64,000 bases of DNA from Ardenticatenaceae bacterium (GCA_030065875.1 JASJCR010000052.1:2347-66346); one strand, 5' to 3'. Counted from the stretch's first letter, positions 18,332 to 28,046 are shown. The notes: generated by a model not told the origin, from the sequence alone. Program-made: numbers and translations.

Positions 18332-18748
18332 ATGACCATTTCCTTCAACGATCTTGAAGATGCATTTTTGTGGGCTTCGGTCGATTTTGTGGACACGGAG
18401 GCGTGGATCAACAGGGTCACCGGACAGATCTACTATGTCGGCGATGATTCCATCCCGGAGCAGGGAGAACCGGTCGATCTTCATTCCGGTAACTGGGTCA
18501 AAGTGCCCCACAAAAATCTCCTTGATCTCGGCTCAAACCTCGTTTTTGAGTTTGCCGAAACGCTGCCCTCCGACCAATATGACGAGATCCGCTTCATCTT
18601 CCGCCGCAAAGGCGCATACCGGCGGTTTCGCAACTACCTGGTGGCCATTGGCCAACTCGATAATTGGCATACTTTTGAGGCCAAAATCACCAAAACCCGA
18701 CTTCTGTCTTGGGCTGAGCAAAATCAGATTCAAGTGTCTGTGGAATGA
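18332..18748 (+). CDS. Hypothetical protein (possibly UPF0158-like)
   Basis: 138-aa acidic ORF with no overlapping competitor of comparable quality. Family assignment is weak. Confidence 0.5.
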   Translation: MTISFNDLEDAFLWASVDFVDTEAWINRVTGQIYYVGDDSIPEQGEPVDLHSGNWVKVPHKNLLDLGSNLVFEFAETLPSDQYDEIRFIFRRKGAYRRFRNYLVAIGQLDNWHTFEAKITKTRLLSWAEQNQIQVSVE

Positions 18749-18894
18749 AAGGAATACGGCTTGATATTGCACATAGGCTGCTGCTTTGATAGGGTTCCTT
18801 CACAAACGCACCACCTAATGTGCTTGGGCCGACGAAAAACGCAGCTAAACCGGCCGTTTGGCAGTAAGAAATCGTAGAAAAACAGAGAGTCGTC

Positions 18895-19503
18895 ATGAAA
18901 ATACTAATTATTGGTGGCAGTGGGACAATCGGGAAAAAAGTAAGCGAACATTTTTCAAAAAATCATGAAGTCATTATCGGTGGCAGAAAGTCAGGCGATG
19001 TTATTGTTGACATCGCCGATACCCAGTCGATCAAAAAGATGTTTGATGAGACAGGCAAAATTGATGCCATCATATGCATTGCCGGAGAAGCAAAATGGGC
19101 AGCGTTTGAATCGTTGAGTGAAGAAGATTTTTATATCGGTTTACGCAGCAAGCTGATGGGGCAGGTTAACCTCGTCAGAGTCGGCCTCGAATATTTAAAT
19201 GATGGGGGCTCTTTTACCTTAACAACCGGGATCTTGGCCGATCACCCGGTGGAAATGACCACAAGTGCCGCCATGGTAAACGGCGGGATTCACAGTTTTG
19301 TCAAGGCGGTTGCCCTTGAACTGCAGGAGGGGAAGAGAATCAATGTGGTGTCATCGGGCTTGGTAGAAAATTCAGTAGAAAAATATGCGTCTTATTTTCC
19401 CGGGCATAACCCAATCCCCATGAAGAAAGTAGTCAACGGGTATGTGAAAAGTGTTGTAGGAAAAGGAACGGGTGAGATCATCCGCATGTACGATAATTGT
19501 TAA
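18895..19503 (+). CDS. NAD(P)-binding short-chain dehydrogenase-like protein
   Basis: 202-aa ORF with the N-terminal MKILIIGGSGTIGKKV Rossmann motif. Confidence 0.7.
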   Translation: MKILIIGGSGTIGKKVSEHFSKNHEVIIGGRKSGDVIVDIADTQSIKKMFDETGKIDAIICIAGEAKWAAFESLSEEDFYIGLRSKLMGQVNLVRVGLEYLNDGGSFTLTTGILADHPVEMTTSAAMVNGGIHSFVKAVALELQEGKRINVVSSGLVENSVEKYASYFPGHNPIPMKKVVNGYVKSVVGKGTGEIIRMYDNC

Positions 19504-19607
19504 AGTGGCAGATGCCTGGTTGAAAAAAGGAGCTTGTTCCAGGAGACATCTTCGAAGACAGGGGCAGCCGGAAAAATCTCTCCGTGAAAAAATATTGAGG
19601 AACTGAG

Positions 19608-20312
19608 ATGTCAGCAGAGCAAACTAACTATGATGAGGTAGCTGAGGCGTATTTATTAGCCACCAACGAAAAACCATTTACGAAATACTACGAGAGGCCG
19701 TTCATCATTGACAATTTGCCACCATTGGCCGGGAAGTCAATTCTGGACGTCGGTTGTGGAACCGGATTTTACAGCAAATATTGCCTTGAAAATGGAGCCA
19801 CAGTCATTTCGGTCGATGCGAGCACAAAGATGGTCGAGCACACGGTCGAGCTTTGTAACGGGAAGAATGCGGGCTATGTCCATGATATCGCGAAACCTTT
19901 TGACTTCGTAAAATCTGGCTCAATTGACGTAATCATATGTTCTCTTGTCCTTCACTACATCGCCGATTGGACTCAAACGTTGAGCGAGTTTTACAGAACT
20001 CTAAAGTTGGGGGGCAAGTGTCTGATATCAACTCACCATCCAATAATCGACTTCACCCACTTTAACCGTGATTCGTATCACTCAAAGCGACTTGTCGAAG
20101 ACGAGTGGCAAGGGTTTGATCCCCCCATTAAAGTCAAGTATTGGGTGAGACCGCTCAACGAGTACATCCAACCAATGATCGACTCAAAGATGACTCTCGT
20201 ATCGGTAAATGAGCCAGGCCCGATAAAGGATTTGGAAAGCATTGACCCCCGCACGCACGCCAGGTTGTCCACTCGGCCGGCCTTTCTTTTCTTTGTACTG
20301 AAGAGGTCCTGA
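19608..20312 (+). CDS. Class I SAM-dependent methyltransferase
   Basis: 234-aa ORF with motif I ILDVGCGTGFYS and post-I ISVDAS. Confidence 0.85.
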   Translation: MSAEQTNYDEVAEAYLLATNEKPFTKYYERPFIIDNLPPLAGKSILDVGCGTGFYSKYCLENGATVISVDASTKMVEHTVELCNGKNAGYVHDIAKPFDFVKSGSIDVIICSLVLHYIADWTQTLSEFYRTLKLGGKCLISTHHPIIDFTHFNRDSYHSKRLVEDEWQGFDPPIKVKYWVRPLNEYIQPMIDSKMTLVSVNEPGPIKDLESIDPRTHARLSTRPAFLFFVLKRS

Positions 20313-20551
20313 GTGAGCTGAGCGATTGCTCTCTGACGCGACCAACGACATGACATACTCAACAACCAAATGGACCTGGACTGACGGCTGGCTTCTGATG
20401 TCTATCAAAAGGCGGGTTGTTTAAAAGTAGCGAAAAAGGCCTTGATTGGCTGGAAAGTTCGATTCATCCCCAAATTAATGCGAAAACGGTCTCTTTTTCT
20501 ATTGAAGGTTTACAAATCAATATGGATACGAACCATCTATAACAACAAACC

Positions 20552-20620
20552 CGTCATTCCCGCTTTCGCGGGAATCTATTGGATTGCCACCGATGGATCC
20601 CCGCCTACGCGGGGATGACG
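20552..20620. repeat. Inverted pair of REP-like hairpins at the right edge of the AT-rich island
   Basis: CGTCATTCCCGCtttcGCGGGAAT ... ATCCCCGCctacGCGGGGATGACG: two 8-bp-stem hairpins in inverted orientation. Confidence 0.75.
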
Positions 20621-20673
20621 CTGCGGCATGGCTGATTGTGAATAGCGATTCACTTAAAGAAGGAAGCTGAATA

Positions 20674-21147
20674 ATGTCTGAAATTCAAGCGGAACACTTC
20701 ACCAAAGCGCTGCTGATGCTGCTCGATGAGACCTTTGATCAGGTTCACGGCTTTTATCTCGACCGGAATACTTCCCTGTTTGAAACACTGGCCGGGATAA
20801 CGGCCGAGGAGGCGTCGATCCCGGTCGGCGGCCGGTGCGCGACGTTGGCCGCCCAGGTCAAGCACATCGCTTTTTATTTAGATGTGGTTGAAAAAAGCGT
20901 GCGGGACCCCAACTTCCCCCAGGCAGACTGGGGTGAAATTTGGCGCACGGTTAGCAGTGTGACACCCAAAGAATGGCAGGCGCTTCAGGACGAGCTGCGC
21001 GCCAGTTACACAAGCATTCAAACCCTGATCAAAACCACCCCGGCCTGGCCCAGCGACGATGAAATTGGCGGGGCGATGGCGATTTTGGCCCACACCGCCT
21101 ATCATCTGGGCGAGATTCGCCAGGCGTTGTGTATGCTGCAATCCTGA
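20674..21147 (+). CDS. DinB-family protein
   Basis: 157-aa ORF with HIAFYLDV and ILAHTAYHLGEIRQ motifs. GC-rich like the core. Confidence 0.75.
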   Translation: MSEIQAEHFTKALLMLLDETFDQVHGFYLDRNTSLFETLAGITAEEASIPVGGRCATLAAQVKHIAFYLDVVEKSVRDPNFPQADWGEIWRTVSSVTPKEWQALQDELRASYTSIQTLIKTTPAWPSDDEIGGAMAILAHTAYHLGEIRQALCMLQS

Positions 21148-21161
21148 GGATTTGGAGAAAA

Positions 21162-21194
21162 CTCCGCGATCTCAGCGGCCTCCGCGGTGATTTT
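21162..21194. repeat. CTCCGCGGTGA-type short dispersed repeat, copy 1
   Basis: ctccgcgatctcagcggcctccgcggtgatttt. Compare the copy at 22555-22597. Confidence 0.55.
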
Positions 21195-21220
21195 ATTTAG
21201 ATTGACGATCCATCAACTGT

Positions 21221-22270
21221 TTAAATTAAGACGGCCTTCGGCTGCAGATGCTCCTGCAGAAATGCGGTCATCTCCCCGACCGCTTTCTCAAAATAATCTC
21301 CTTCGTAGATGTCAAAATGACCAATCGGGTACGTTATGACCTTCGCTTTAGCGCCCAAAGCCTCGGCCGCTCGCTTGTGCGAATCTGGAGCCGCGAGATT
21401 GTCATTTTCACACGCCAAAAAAAGGACCGGGCACTGTACCTTTTTGGCCGCTTCTACGGCGTCGGGCCCATGCTGCCTGAGGAGCAGGCGGGCACACACT
21501 TCATTTTTGAAGGTTTCTGAATGCTGCACGACCCGCGAATACCCCTCGAAAGCACCGGGAGCAGTTAACATGGCCACGGTTCCCGGTTTGCCGACGATGG
21601 GAAACGTATGGGGTGAGAGACCCAGGCGGGATCGTCCTTTGTCTCGCTGGGCGTGGGGAAGCAGGCGGAGAATGTAACCGATCCCGTCCCGTTTCATGAA
21701 CAGCTCGGTGTCCGCCTGGTGATCAATTGCCCCACATTGGGAGATAACCGCTCCGATCTGCGGGTCTTCAGCGGCGATAATCAGCCCGTACCCCCCGGCC
21801 GCAGACGTGCCCCACAGGGCGATTTTTTCTCCATCAATTTCCTGCCGGCCGCGGGCATAAGCAACCGCCGCCCGCAAATCATCATGCTGCGCCAAAACGT
21901 CGAAAACCTGACGTGGCTCCCCGCCGCTTTCACCAAAATGCCGGTAGTCATAGGTTAGTGCGGCCATCCCCGCGGCGACAAAGCGCAGCGCATATGATTC
22001 GATAACCCCATCTTTGGTTCCGCCAAAGCCGGTGCTGATGATGACGCACGGCACCGGGTGAGAAGCAGCTTCCGGCAGGTAAAGCCAGCCGCGGATTGGA
22101 ATATCACCCACAAAAAATTGTACGTCTCGACGGCAATCTGGTTTGCGTTTTTTGTGATCGACCCGTTTGAACGGCTGTTTAGGAACCTTCAGGACGGGAA
22201 AAAAGATAATCACGATGAGATACAGTAGAACAATCCCAAATGCGAAAAGGACACCCCGCAAAATCTTCAT
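21221..22270 (-). CDS. Alpha/beta hydrolase with N-terminal membrane anchor
   Basis: 349-aa ORF with one N-terminal TM segment, a nucleophile-elbow-like LWGTSAAGG, and C-terminal PIGHFD (catalytic His region). Confidence 0.7.
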   Translation of the reverse strand: MKILRGVLFAFGIVLLYLIVIIFFPVLKVPKQPFKRVDHKKRKPDCRRDVQFFVGDIPIRGWLYLPEAASHPVPCVIISTGFGGTKDGVIESYALRFVAAGMAALTYDYRHFGESGGEPRQVFDVLAQHDDLRAAVAYARGRQEIDGEKIALWGTSAAGGYGLIIAAEDPQIGAVISQCGAIDHQADTELFMKRDGIGYILRLLPHAQRDKGRSRLGLSPHTFPIVGKPGTVAMLTAPGAFEGYSRVVQHSETFKNEVCARLLLRQHGPDAVEAAKKVQCPVLFLACENDNLAAPDSHKRAAEALGAKAKVITYPIGHFDIYEGDYFEKAVGEMTAFLQEHLQPKAVLI

Positions 22271-22554
22271 TATGACCCCCTAAGCCTAAAGATAAACGAA
22301 GAACATTCTAATATTTTGCCATGATTTGGCACAGATTTCCACCCTTTTTGTGATCCCATTCAGGATAGCAAGAAGCCCATCAGATCACCCCGCAATTTTG
22401 GGAACGGTTTGGCTACGGAGGAAGCCTATACTGCTGCTCAAGTAGTTAAAACTTACGGAATTTACCTCCGCCGCGTGTTTATAACGCGGGACAAATCTCC
22501 TGATTTCAAGACGCAATTCTCTGGTGAAATTATTGAGTTTTCTCTAAATCAATC

Positions 22555-22597
22555 ATCTCTGCGGTCTCCGGTTCTCCGCGGTGAGATATGTTTTTTT
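22555..22597. repeat. CTCCGCGGTGA-type short dispersed repeat, copy 2
   Basis: atctctgcggtctccggttctccgcggtgagatatgttttttt. Confidence 0.55.
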
Positions 22598-22645
22598 AGT
22601 GAACCAGCCCAGTACTAAACAGAAACTTCTGGAAAAGGAAAAATC

Positions 22646-24019
22646 ATGAATCCTCCAATCACATCTGACCTGGTCATGCACCGTATGCCAACCGCAGCCC
22701 GCATGCCGCTAGTCGGCAGTCTACCCTATCTAGTGCGCCGGCCGTTTGACTACCTCCGGCAAGCCCATCAGCAGCATGGCGATATCTTTCGCCTCGATCT
22801 GGGCGTGACCGATGCGGTGATGCTCAATCATCCGCGCCACGTACAGTACATCCTGCGCGACAATGTCCGCAACTTCCGCAAGGGAGGCAATATGTGGACC
22901 TCCATCCGCTCGCTGTTTGGCAACGGCCTGGTCGTCAGCGAAGGCGATTTCTGGCTGCGGCAGCGGCGCATGATGCAGCCTCATTTTCACCGCCGCTATC
23001 TGGTCGGGCTGTTTGACCTGATGCTTTCGGCCATCGACGAGCAGCTGGAAACGTGGCCTGCGGCGGCCGAATCGTTCAACATCAGTGAGGCGTTTAACCA
23101 GATCACCATGCGGGTCATTGTGCGCACCATGTTTGGGACACAGCTGGGTGATCAGGAACTGAATCAGCTCAGCGAGGCGATCACCCACGCCCTGGATTAT
23201 CTCCTGCTTGGCGTGGTGGGTGAGTCCCTGCCGTCCTGGGCCCCGATGCCGGGCAAGCAGCGCTATCTGGCCTCGCGCCAAACGTTCGATGACATCGTAT
23301 ACGACGTGATCGGCCGCAGCCGCAAAGCGTCCAACGACACCAGCCTGTTGGGTATGCTGCTCAACACCGTCGATGCTGAAACCGGCGAGCAGATGACCGA
23401 TCAGCAGGTGCGGGATGAGGTGGCGACCATATTTGTGGCCGGCTACGAGACCACGGCCATCGCCCTGGCGTGGGCGGCCGACTACTTGGCGCGCGATCCG
23501 GAATTACAGGGACGGCTGGTGCGGGAAATCGATACCACCATCGGCCGGGAAGCCCCTGATCTAAACTCCCTGCGATCCCTCGACCTGGTGAAACGCACTT
23601 TTCAGGAGGCGCTGCGCATCCGGCCGAGCGCCTGGTTCCTGCCGCGCCTGACGGTTGAAGATGACGAAATCGACGGTCTGCCGCTGCCGGCCGGTACGCA
23701 GGTGGCCCTGCTCATCAGCCACATTCATCATCATCCGGATCAGTGGGCTGAGCCGCATCGCTTTGACCCAGACCGCTTTTTGCCCGAGGTGGCCAAAACC
23801 CGTCATCCATTTGCTTACGTGCCGTTTGGGGCCGGTCAGCGGCAGTGCATCGGCCGCGATTTTGCTTATATGGAAGGGCAGCTCATCCTGGCCCGACTGC
23901 TGCAGCGCTGGCGGCTGCTGCCCCAGGGTGACCCGGCCCGGCCGCAGCTTTCGAGCACCCTGCGGCCCAAAGGCGGGGTGAAAACCCAGCTGTTGAGCTG
24001 GCCCAGGATCATCGTTTGA
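22646..24019 (+). CDS. Cytochrome P450
   Basis: 457-aa ORF with I-helix AGYETT, EALR (ExxR) and the haem-thiolate loop FGAGQRQCIGRDFA. Confidence 0.92.
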   Translation: MNPPITSDLVMHRMPTAARMPLVGSLPYLVRRPFDYLRQAHQQHGDIFRLDLGVTDAVMLNHPRHVQYILRDNVRNFRKGGNMWTSIRSLFGNGLVVSEGDFWLRQRRMMQPHFHRRYLVGLFDLMLSAIDEQLETWPAAAESFNISEAFNQITMRVIVRTMFGTQLGDQELNQLSEAITHALDYLLLGVVGESLPSWAPMPGKQRYLASRQTFDDIVYDVIGRSRKASNDTSLLGMLLNTVDAETGEQMTDQQVRDEVATIFVAGYETTAIALAWAADYLARDPELQGRLVREIDTTIGREAPDLNSLRSLDLVKRTFQEALRIRPSAWFLPRLTVEDDEIDGLPLPAGTQVALLISHIHHHPDQWAEPHRFDPDRFLPEVAKTRHPFAYVPFGAGQRQCIGRDFAYMEGQLILARLLQRWRLLPQGDPARPQLSSTLRPKGGVKTQLLSWPRIIV

Positions 24020-25625
24020 TCATTGGTATCCACACTTTTTCCAAAGTGAGCCACTCGTAGGCCCCGGCGTCGGGTGGGGGAAATCGGCTGCGGCCGTCAT
24101 AGTTAAACGGACTGCTCTGAGTTGGGTGTCCGGCATTGACCAGGGCGGCCGTTTCCGACCCCGGTCGTAAATCGGTATCGCTCAAAAATCCCGGATCGGC
24201 CGCCTGTGAGTGGCTTCCCCATCCCTGACCCTGCCACGCTGCCAGATTGTTCGCCCCGGCGGCCCAGACGCCGCTGCTGAATTGGCAGATATTGTAATCA
24301 ATGACGTCGTAGCTCCCGGCCGTCGCGTCGAGGCAGTGCCACCCCGAGTCGCTGCCGGTCAGCCGCAGGGCATTGCTGACAATCGTATGTCCGCTGCCGG
24401 CATTGAGCACGATCCCCCGGCCGCTGCTCAGGGCCAGGCTGTTGTTGCGAATGGTGACGTCGGTTGAAACGGCGTCACCGGCACCCGGTGTCTTGTCCGG
24501 AACGGCGATCCCGGCCACGCCAAACGCCTGCTGATGCACCACCACGTTGTTTTCGATGGTACAGCTAATGCAGGATGAGGTGCCAATGGCCACGTTACCC
24601 ACGTTTTCCACCCGATTGCCGCGAATGGTGACGTTGGTAAACGCTTCCGGGGTGCTATAACCGGTTGTAATGGAGATCCCCCAGCACGTTTGGTTCGCCT
24701 GCCCCACGTCTTCATGCACATAATTGCCCTCGATGAGCAGGTCGGTGAGGTACCCGTGGCCGACCAAAGAGGTGCCGCCGCAGCGGCCGGACCCGTCCAG
24801 TGAGGATCGGTACAGCTCATTGTTGCGAATGGTGATGCGGCTGCCCCCGCTGACGTAAATGTTGTGGTCAAATACCGTGCCGCTGCCGTTGCGGTCAAAG
24901 ATGCTGTCTTCGATCAGCAAATCGTTGCCTGATCCCAGAAATCCCTGGGAGAAGCTGTTGGTGACGTCGACATTGCTTACGGTGATGCGATCGTTTTGAC
25001 CATTGCATAACGGGTCACCGGCCGCGCAGGGATTGGCCCCGGCCAGGTGAATGCCGATGGCGAATCCGTCCATACTGACGGTGTCGATCACCACGTCGTT
25101 GACGTCATTAAATAAGAAGAATCCCCAGCCGCCGCCGGAGGTGCATGCCGGGCAGCGCAAATCGAGATTGCGAAAGGCGTAACCGCCGTTAGCCACCGCA
25201 TCTCCTCCATTTGACAGCTCAAAGGCGTGGTCATCGGCCGTGCGGTTTAGAATCGGCCGATTTTCATCCCCCGAGGCCCACGGCGGGGTGTAATCCGCGA
25301 TCAGGCAGGGTTGGGCTGCTGTACAGCTAAAGGTCGACCAGCGGCCGCTGCCGCTTCCCAAATCAAACGATCCGCCCCGACAAAAGCGGATTTCATCTCC
25401 CGCCTGAATGCTGCTGTTGAAGTGGTTCCGGGCTTGGTCATAGGTTTGCCAGGGCGCGGCCGGATCGGTGCCGCTGCTGCCGTTGTTCCCTGGCGTACAC
25501 TCTCCATCAGCCCCATTTTGACAGTCACAAACATAGTAAACCGTCGAGGCCGCCTGGCTGTCGGGCTGAAAGAGCAGCACCAGAGAAATGGCAATCGTTA
25601 AAACTGCAATCCATTTGTATGTCAT
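24009..25625 (-). CDS. Secreted right-handed parallel beta-helix repeat protein
   Basis: 538-aa ORF with a signal peptide (MTYKWIAVLTIAISLVLLF). Repeated N/G-rich turns (IRNN, IENN, IRGN) indicate a pectate-lyase-like fold. It ends in VWIPMIKR. Confidence 0.75.
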   Translation of the reverse strand: MTYKWIAVLTIAISLVLLFQPDSQAASTVYYVCDCQNGADGECTPGNNGSSGTDPAAPWQTYDQARNHFNSSIQAGDEIRFCRGGSFDLGSGSGRWSTFSCTAAQPCLIADYTPPWASGDENRPILNRTADDHAFELSNGGDAVANGGYAFRNLDLRCPACTSGGGWGFFLFNDVNDVVIDTVSMDGFAIGIHLAGANPCAAGDPLCNGQNDRITVSNVDVTNSFSQGFLGSGNDLLIEDSIFDRNGSGTVFDHNIYVSGGSRITIRNNELYRSSLDGSGRCGGTSLVGHGYLTDLLIEGNYVHEDVGQANQTCWGISITTGYSTPEAFTNVTIRGNRVENVGNVAIGTSSCISCTIENNVVVHQQAFGVAGIAVPDKTPGAGDAVSTDVTIRNNSLALSSGRGIVLNAGSGHTIVSNALRLTGSDSGWHCLDATAGSYDVIDYNICQFSSGVWAAGANNLAAWQGQGWGSHSQAADPGFLSDTDLRPGSETAALVNAGHPTQSSPFNYDGRSRFPPPDAGAYEWLTLEKVWIPMIKR

Positions 25626-25865
25626 CGTTAACTCCCGTACCGATTGACTTGGTTAGCACAATTCTCAACAGGATACAACATCGCTATTTCCAAAGCTGTT
25701 TCCAAATCTACCCAAAAAAGTAGTCCATTCTTCGATCACCCTGGATTCTTTGGACCGTTTGGCTCGAGCGATTGGGAAACGTTTAAAAATTGCGTTTGCA
25801 TAACTGAAAAGAAACTCAAGTTGCGGCCTCAATGTGCAGTCGAGTAGCAGCTGTCTGGACCTTGA

Positions 25866-26423
25866 CTAAGAAGTTCTTTTTGCAGCACGTCTATTGATTG
25901 CTGCACCCATGCGAACCAGCACGTCCTCCTCGGTAACTTGATGGAGAATCACGCCGCCAATGTGGGCGATCAGCAGTGCAATATAAGATCTGGCGGCCAG
26001 CCCGTGAACGAAATGCGGCGTCAGATCGGTCAAATCGGTCGGTAAGGCGGCCGTTGAACCGGAAAAAATGGATCCCATTTCACCGAGAACCATCAAGCCG
26101 ATCCCGCTAAACGACAGCAGGAGCAGCACCGCATAAAGCAGAAAATGCACCGTTTTGAAGGCGATTTTCTGGAGGAGGGACATCCCTGAAGGGGGTTCGG
26201 GACCGTTTTCCGTCCAGCGCCACCCGATGCGGAAGAGCGTCATCAACAAAATGACCACCCCCAGAACGATGTGGAGCCGATAAAGCGTGAGTTTTATCGC
26301 TTCATTTGTGATCCGGGCCATCGCAAACCCCAGAGGAAACATCAGCAAGATGGCGCCTGCGCTTAGCCAATGAAGGCGCTGGGTTATTTGACTGTAGGTG
26401 ACCGTTGAATTTCTTAAAGACAT
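25866..26423 (-). CDS. Cytochrome b561-family membrane protein
   Basis: 185-aa four-TM ORF with conserved His in TM1, TM2 and TM4 (QRLHWLSAG, RLHIVLG, HIGGVILH). Confidence 0.75.
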   Translation of the reverse strand: MSLRNSTVTYSQITQRLHWLSAGAILLMFPLGFAMARITNEAIKLTLYRLHIVLGVVILLMTLFRIGWRWTENGPEPPSGMSLLQKIAFKTVHFLLYAVLLLLSFSGIGLMVLGEMGSIFSGSTAALPTDLTDLTPHFVHGLAARSYIALLIAHIGGVILHQVTEEDVLVRMGAAINRRAAKRTS

Positions 26424-26446
26424 GATTCCTCCAAGTAGATGATATA

Positions 26447-26465
26447 TGGTTGTTGTAACAACTAT
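26447..26465. promoter_or_regulatory. Second copy of the MarR-type palindrome (imperfect)
   Basis: tGGTTGTTGTAACAACTat lies between the marR stop and the cytochrome b561 start. It differs from the AGTTGTTGCAACAACT core of the 26939 site at two positions. Confidence 0.5.
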
Positions 26466-26477
26466 AGTGCAAAAAAA

Positions 26478-26912
26478 TTAACCCAAATTATCGTGAACGA
26501 TATTGAGTACCTTTCCAATTTGCTCGATATCAGCGGCCGTTAATCCCTGATACGCTTGGTCCAAAACCTCAGCCGCCAGGGGAATAAGCTGCTGCTTTAA
26601 AGCCCGGCCTTCGGCCGTTAAAAATACCTTGTAAACTCGGCGATCGTGCTCATCCCGCTCCCGAATCACCAATCCCCGCCTTTCAAGGACTTCTAACATG
26701 CGGGTGACGTTTGGCTTGTCTTTGAAGGTGAGCTCGGCCAGCTCAACCTGAGATAATCCTTCTCGTTCCCACAGCCGGTTCAACAGAGCCCACTGTTCAG
26801 GGGTGATTTGATGCCCGTGGGCCTTAAAGGCGTGCTGGAGTTCGCGTTTGAGCCGCATGGCCGTGCGATTAATGATAAACCCCAAAGATTCGTCAAAGAC
26901 AAAGTGTTTCAT
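26478..26912 (-). CDS. MarR-family transcriptional regulator
   Basis: 144-aa ORF with LSQVELAELTFKDKPNVTRMLEVLERRGLVIRERDEHDRRVYKVFLTAEG. Confidence 0.88.
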   Translation of the reverse strand: MKHFVFDESLGFIINRTAMRLKRELQHAFKAHGHQITPEQWALLNRLWEREGLSQVELAELTFKDKPNVTRMLEVLERRGLVIRERDEHDRRVYKVFLTAEGRALKQQLIPLAAEVLDQAYQGLTAADIEQIGKVLNIVHDNLG

Positions 26913-26938
26913 ATGGATTGGAACGGATAAATGTGACT

Positions 26939-26960
26939 AATTAGTTGTTGCAACAACTAA
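26939..26960. promoter_or_regulatory. Perfect 22-bp palindrome, candidate MarR operator
   Basis: ATTAGTTGTTGCAACAACTAAT, 27 nt upstream of the MarR start codon. Confidence 0.6.
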
Positions 26961-27057
26961 TATGCCATAGTTGGACCCTGGTGTCAAGCGGTAAAACCAT
27001 CGTGTATGGGATAGGTTAACAGCTTAGAGTGTGTTTAAAATGGGATATTTCTTCACC

Positions 27058-27157
27058 CCCGCATTAAAATGCAGGGCTAAAGTGCCTGACCTGATTGGTG
27101 ACCAACCCTTTAGCCGTCGGTTTTAATCGACGGGTATCGGTTTTAATCGACGGGTAT
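27058..27157. repeat. Nested palindromic element with a 20-nt tandem duplication
   Basis: From left to right: hairpin cccgcattaaaatgcaggg; the outer stem GGCTAAAG...CTTTAGCC enclosing TTGGTGACCAA; hairpin ccgtcggttttaatcgacgg; and the unit cggttttaatcgacgggtat repeated twice (27118-27137, 27138-27157). Confidence 0.7.
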
Positions 27158-27388
27158 AGAAAATATCGTAAAATCGACGATGGATCAGCACATTGAATCA
27201 AATGTCAACAGAACCTAGTAAAGTGAAAGCTGATGATAACCATTTAATGGTACCGGCGAAATTTGAAACTTGCCTTCAATATCCTTCGTAAATATTAATA
27301 AGGTTTTATTTTTAAGCTTTTAAGTGAATCACAATATGTTTTATTTAAAACCAGCCACGGATTTCACAGATCGACTCTGATTTTTGTC

Positions 27389-27457
27389 CTGTAATCTGCG
27401 AAAATCTGCGTAATCTGCGGATAATTTATTTTTGAATAGTTCTTGTAATTCACTTAA
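27389..27457 (+). repeat. AATCTGCG-family dispersed element, copy 1
   Basis: ctgtaatctgcgaaaatctgcgtaatctgcggataatttatttttgaatagttcttgtaattcacttaa. Confidence 0.75.
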
Positions 27458-27596
27458 TCGATCCAAGTTGGCGTGATCTCCTAATCACGCCGACCTTTGA
27501 CGCAATTGGGAAATTGCGCCAACCTTTAATGGGGTTTGCACACCCCTCAATTAAATCAGAATATATAAAATAATTCTCTGAGTCTGGATAATTACT

Positions 27597-28046
27597 ATGA
27601 ATATATGGGTTTCTCTTATATTTATCGCTGTTTTTTTGCTGCTCGTTGGATACGGTCATTTATTTCGTCAGGACGTAAAAAAAATCATTCAAGAAGAAAT
27701 CGAGCGCCTGGGTGGAATCCCTATAGAAGTCTCTGAAAAGCGAGGGTTTTCCGAAGGAATTATATATTATAAGGTCGTCTTTGCAGACCAGTTTGGCCAG
27801 AAATACAATACGGAGTGCATTGTGGATACGCCAAAAAGGCTTTACTGGCTAAAAAACCCCGCTGAACTCATGAGCGGGCAGCAGCCTGCACCTCCTGAAA
27901 ATTCTCAAGTCAATTCGACCGGATTTGAAAGCCGCACAAAATCATCAAAAGAGCAGATCATCGACAGCCTGCATGCCGAAAATCAAAATCTCAAAGAAGA
28001 AATTGAGAGACTGCGCAGCGGCCTCAACCGCCAGAGAGATGCCTGA
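27597..28046 (+). CDS. Hypothetical membrane-anchored protein with C-terminal coiled coil
   Basis: 149-aa ORF with an N-terminal TM (MNIWVSLIFIAVFLLLVGY). The C-terminus EQIIDSLHAENQNLKEEIERLRSGL is heptad-like. It overlaps the next gene by 8 nt. Confidence 0.55.
   Translation: MNIWVSLIFIAVFLLLVGYGHLFRQDVKKIIQEEIERLGGIPIEVSEKRGFSEGIIYYKVVFADQFGQKYNTECIVDTPKRLYWLKNPAELMSGQQPAPPENSQVNSTGFESRTKSSKEQIIDSLHAENQNLKEEIERLRSGLNRQRDA

Noticed and set aside
18801-18862. Possible attC-like site (CACAAAC ... GTTTGGC with GGGCCG/CGGCC inner stem).
   Set aside because: It is highly asymmetric, with 17 unpaired nt on one side only, and the R boxes are non-canonical. Left uncalled.
20457-20465. GTTCGATTC, a T-loop-like string, considered as a tRNA fragment marking an island integration site.
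   Set aside because: The flanking bases (gaaag / catcc) cannot form a T-stem and no acceptor stem is evident.
27118-27157. Direct repeat cggttttaatcgacgggtat x 2, considered as a CRISPR fragment.
   Set aside because: The copies are contiguous with no spacers, there are only two units, and no cas genes are present.
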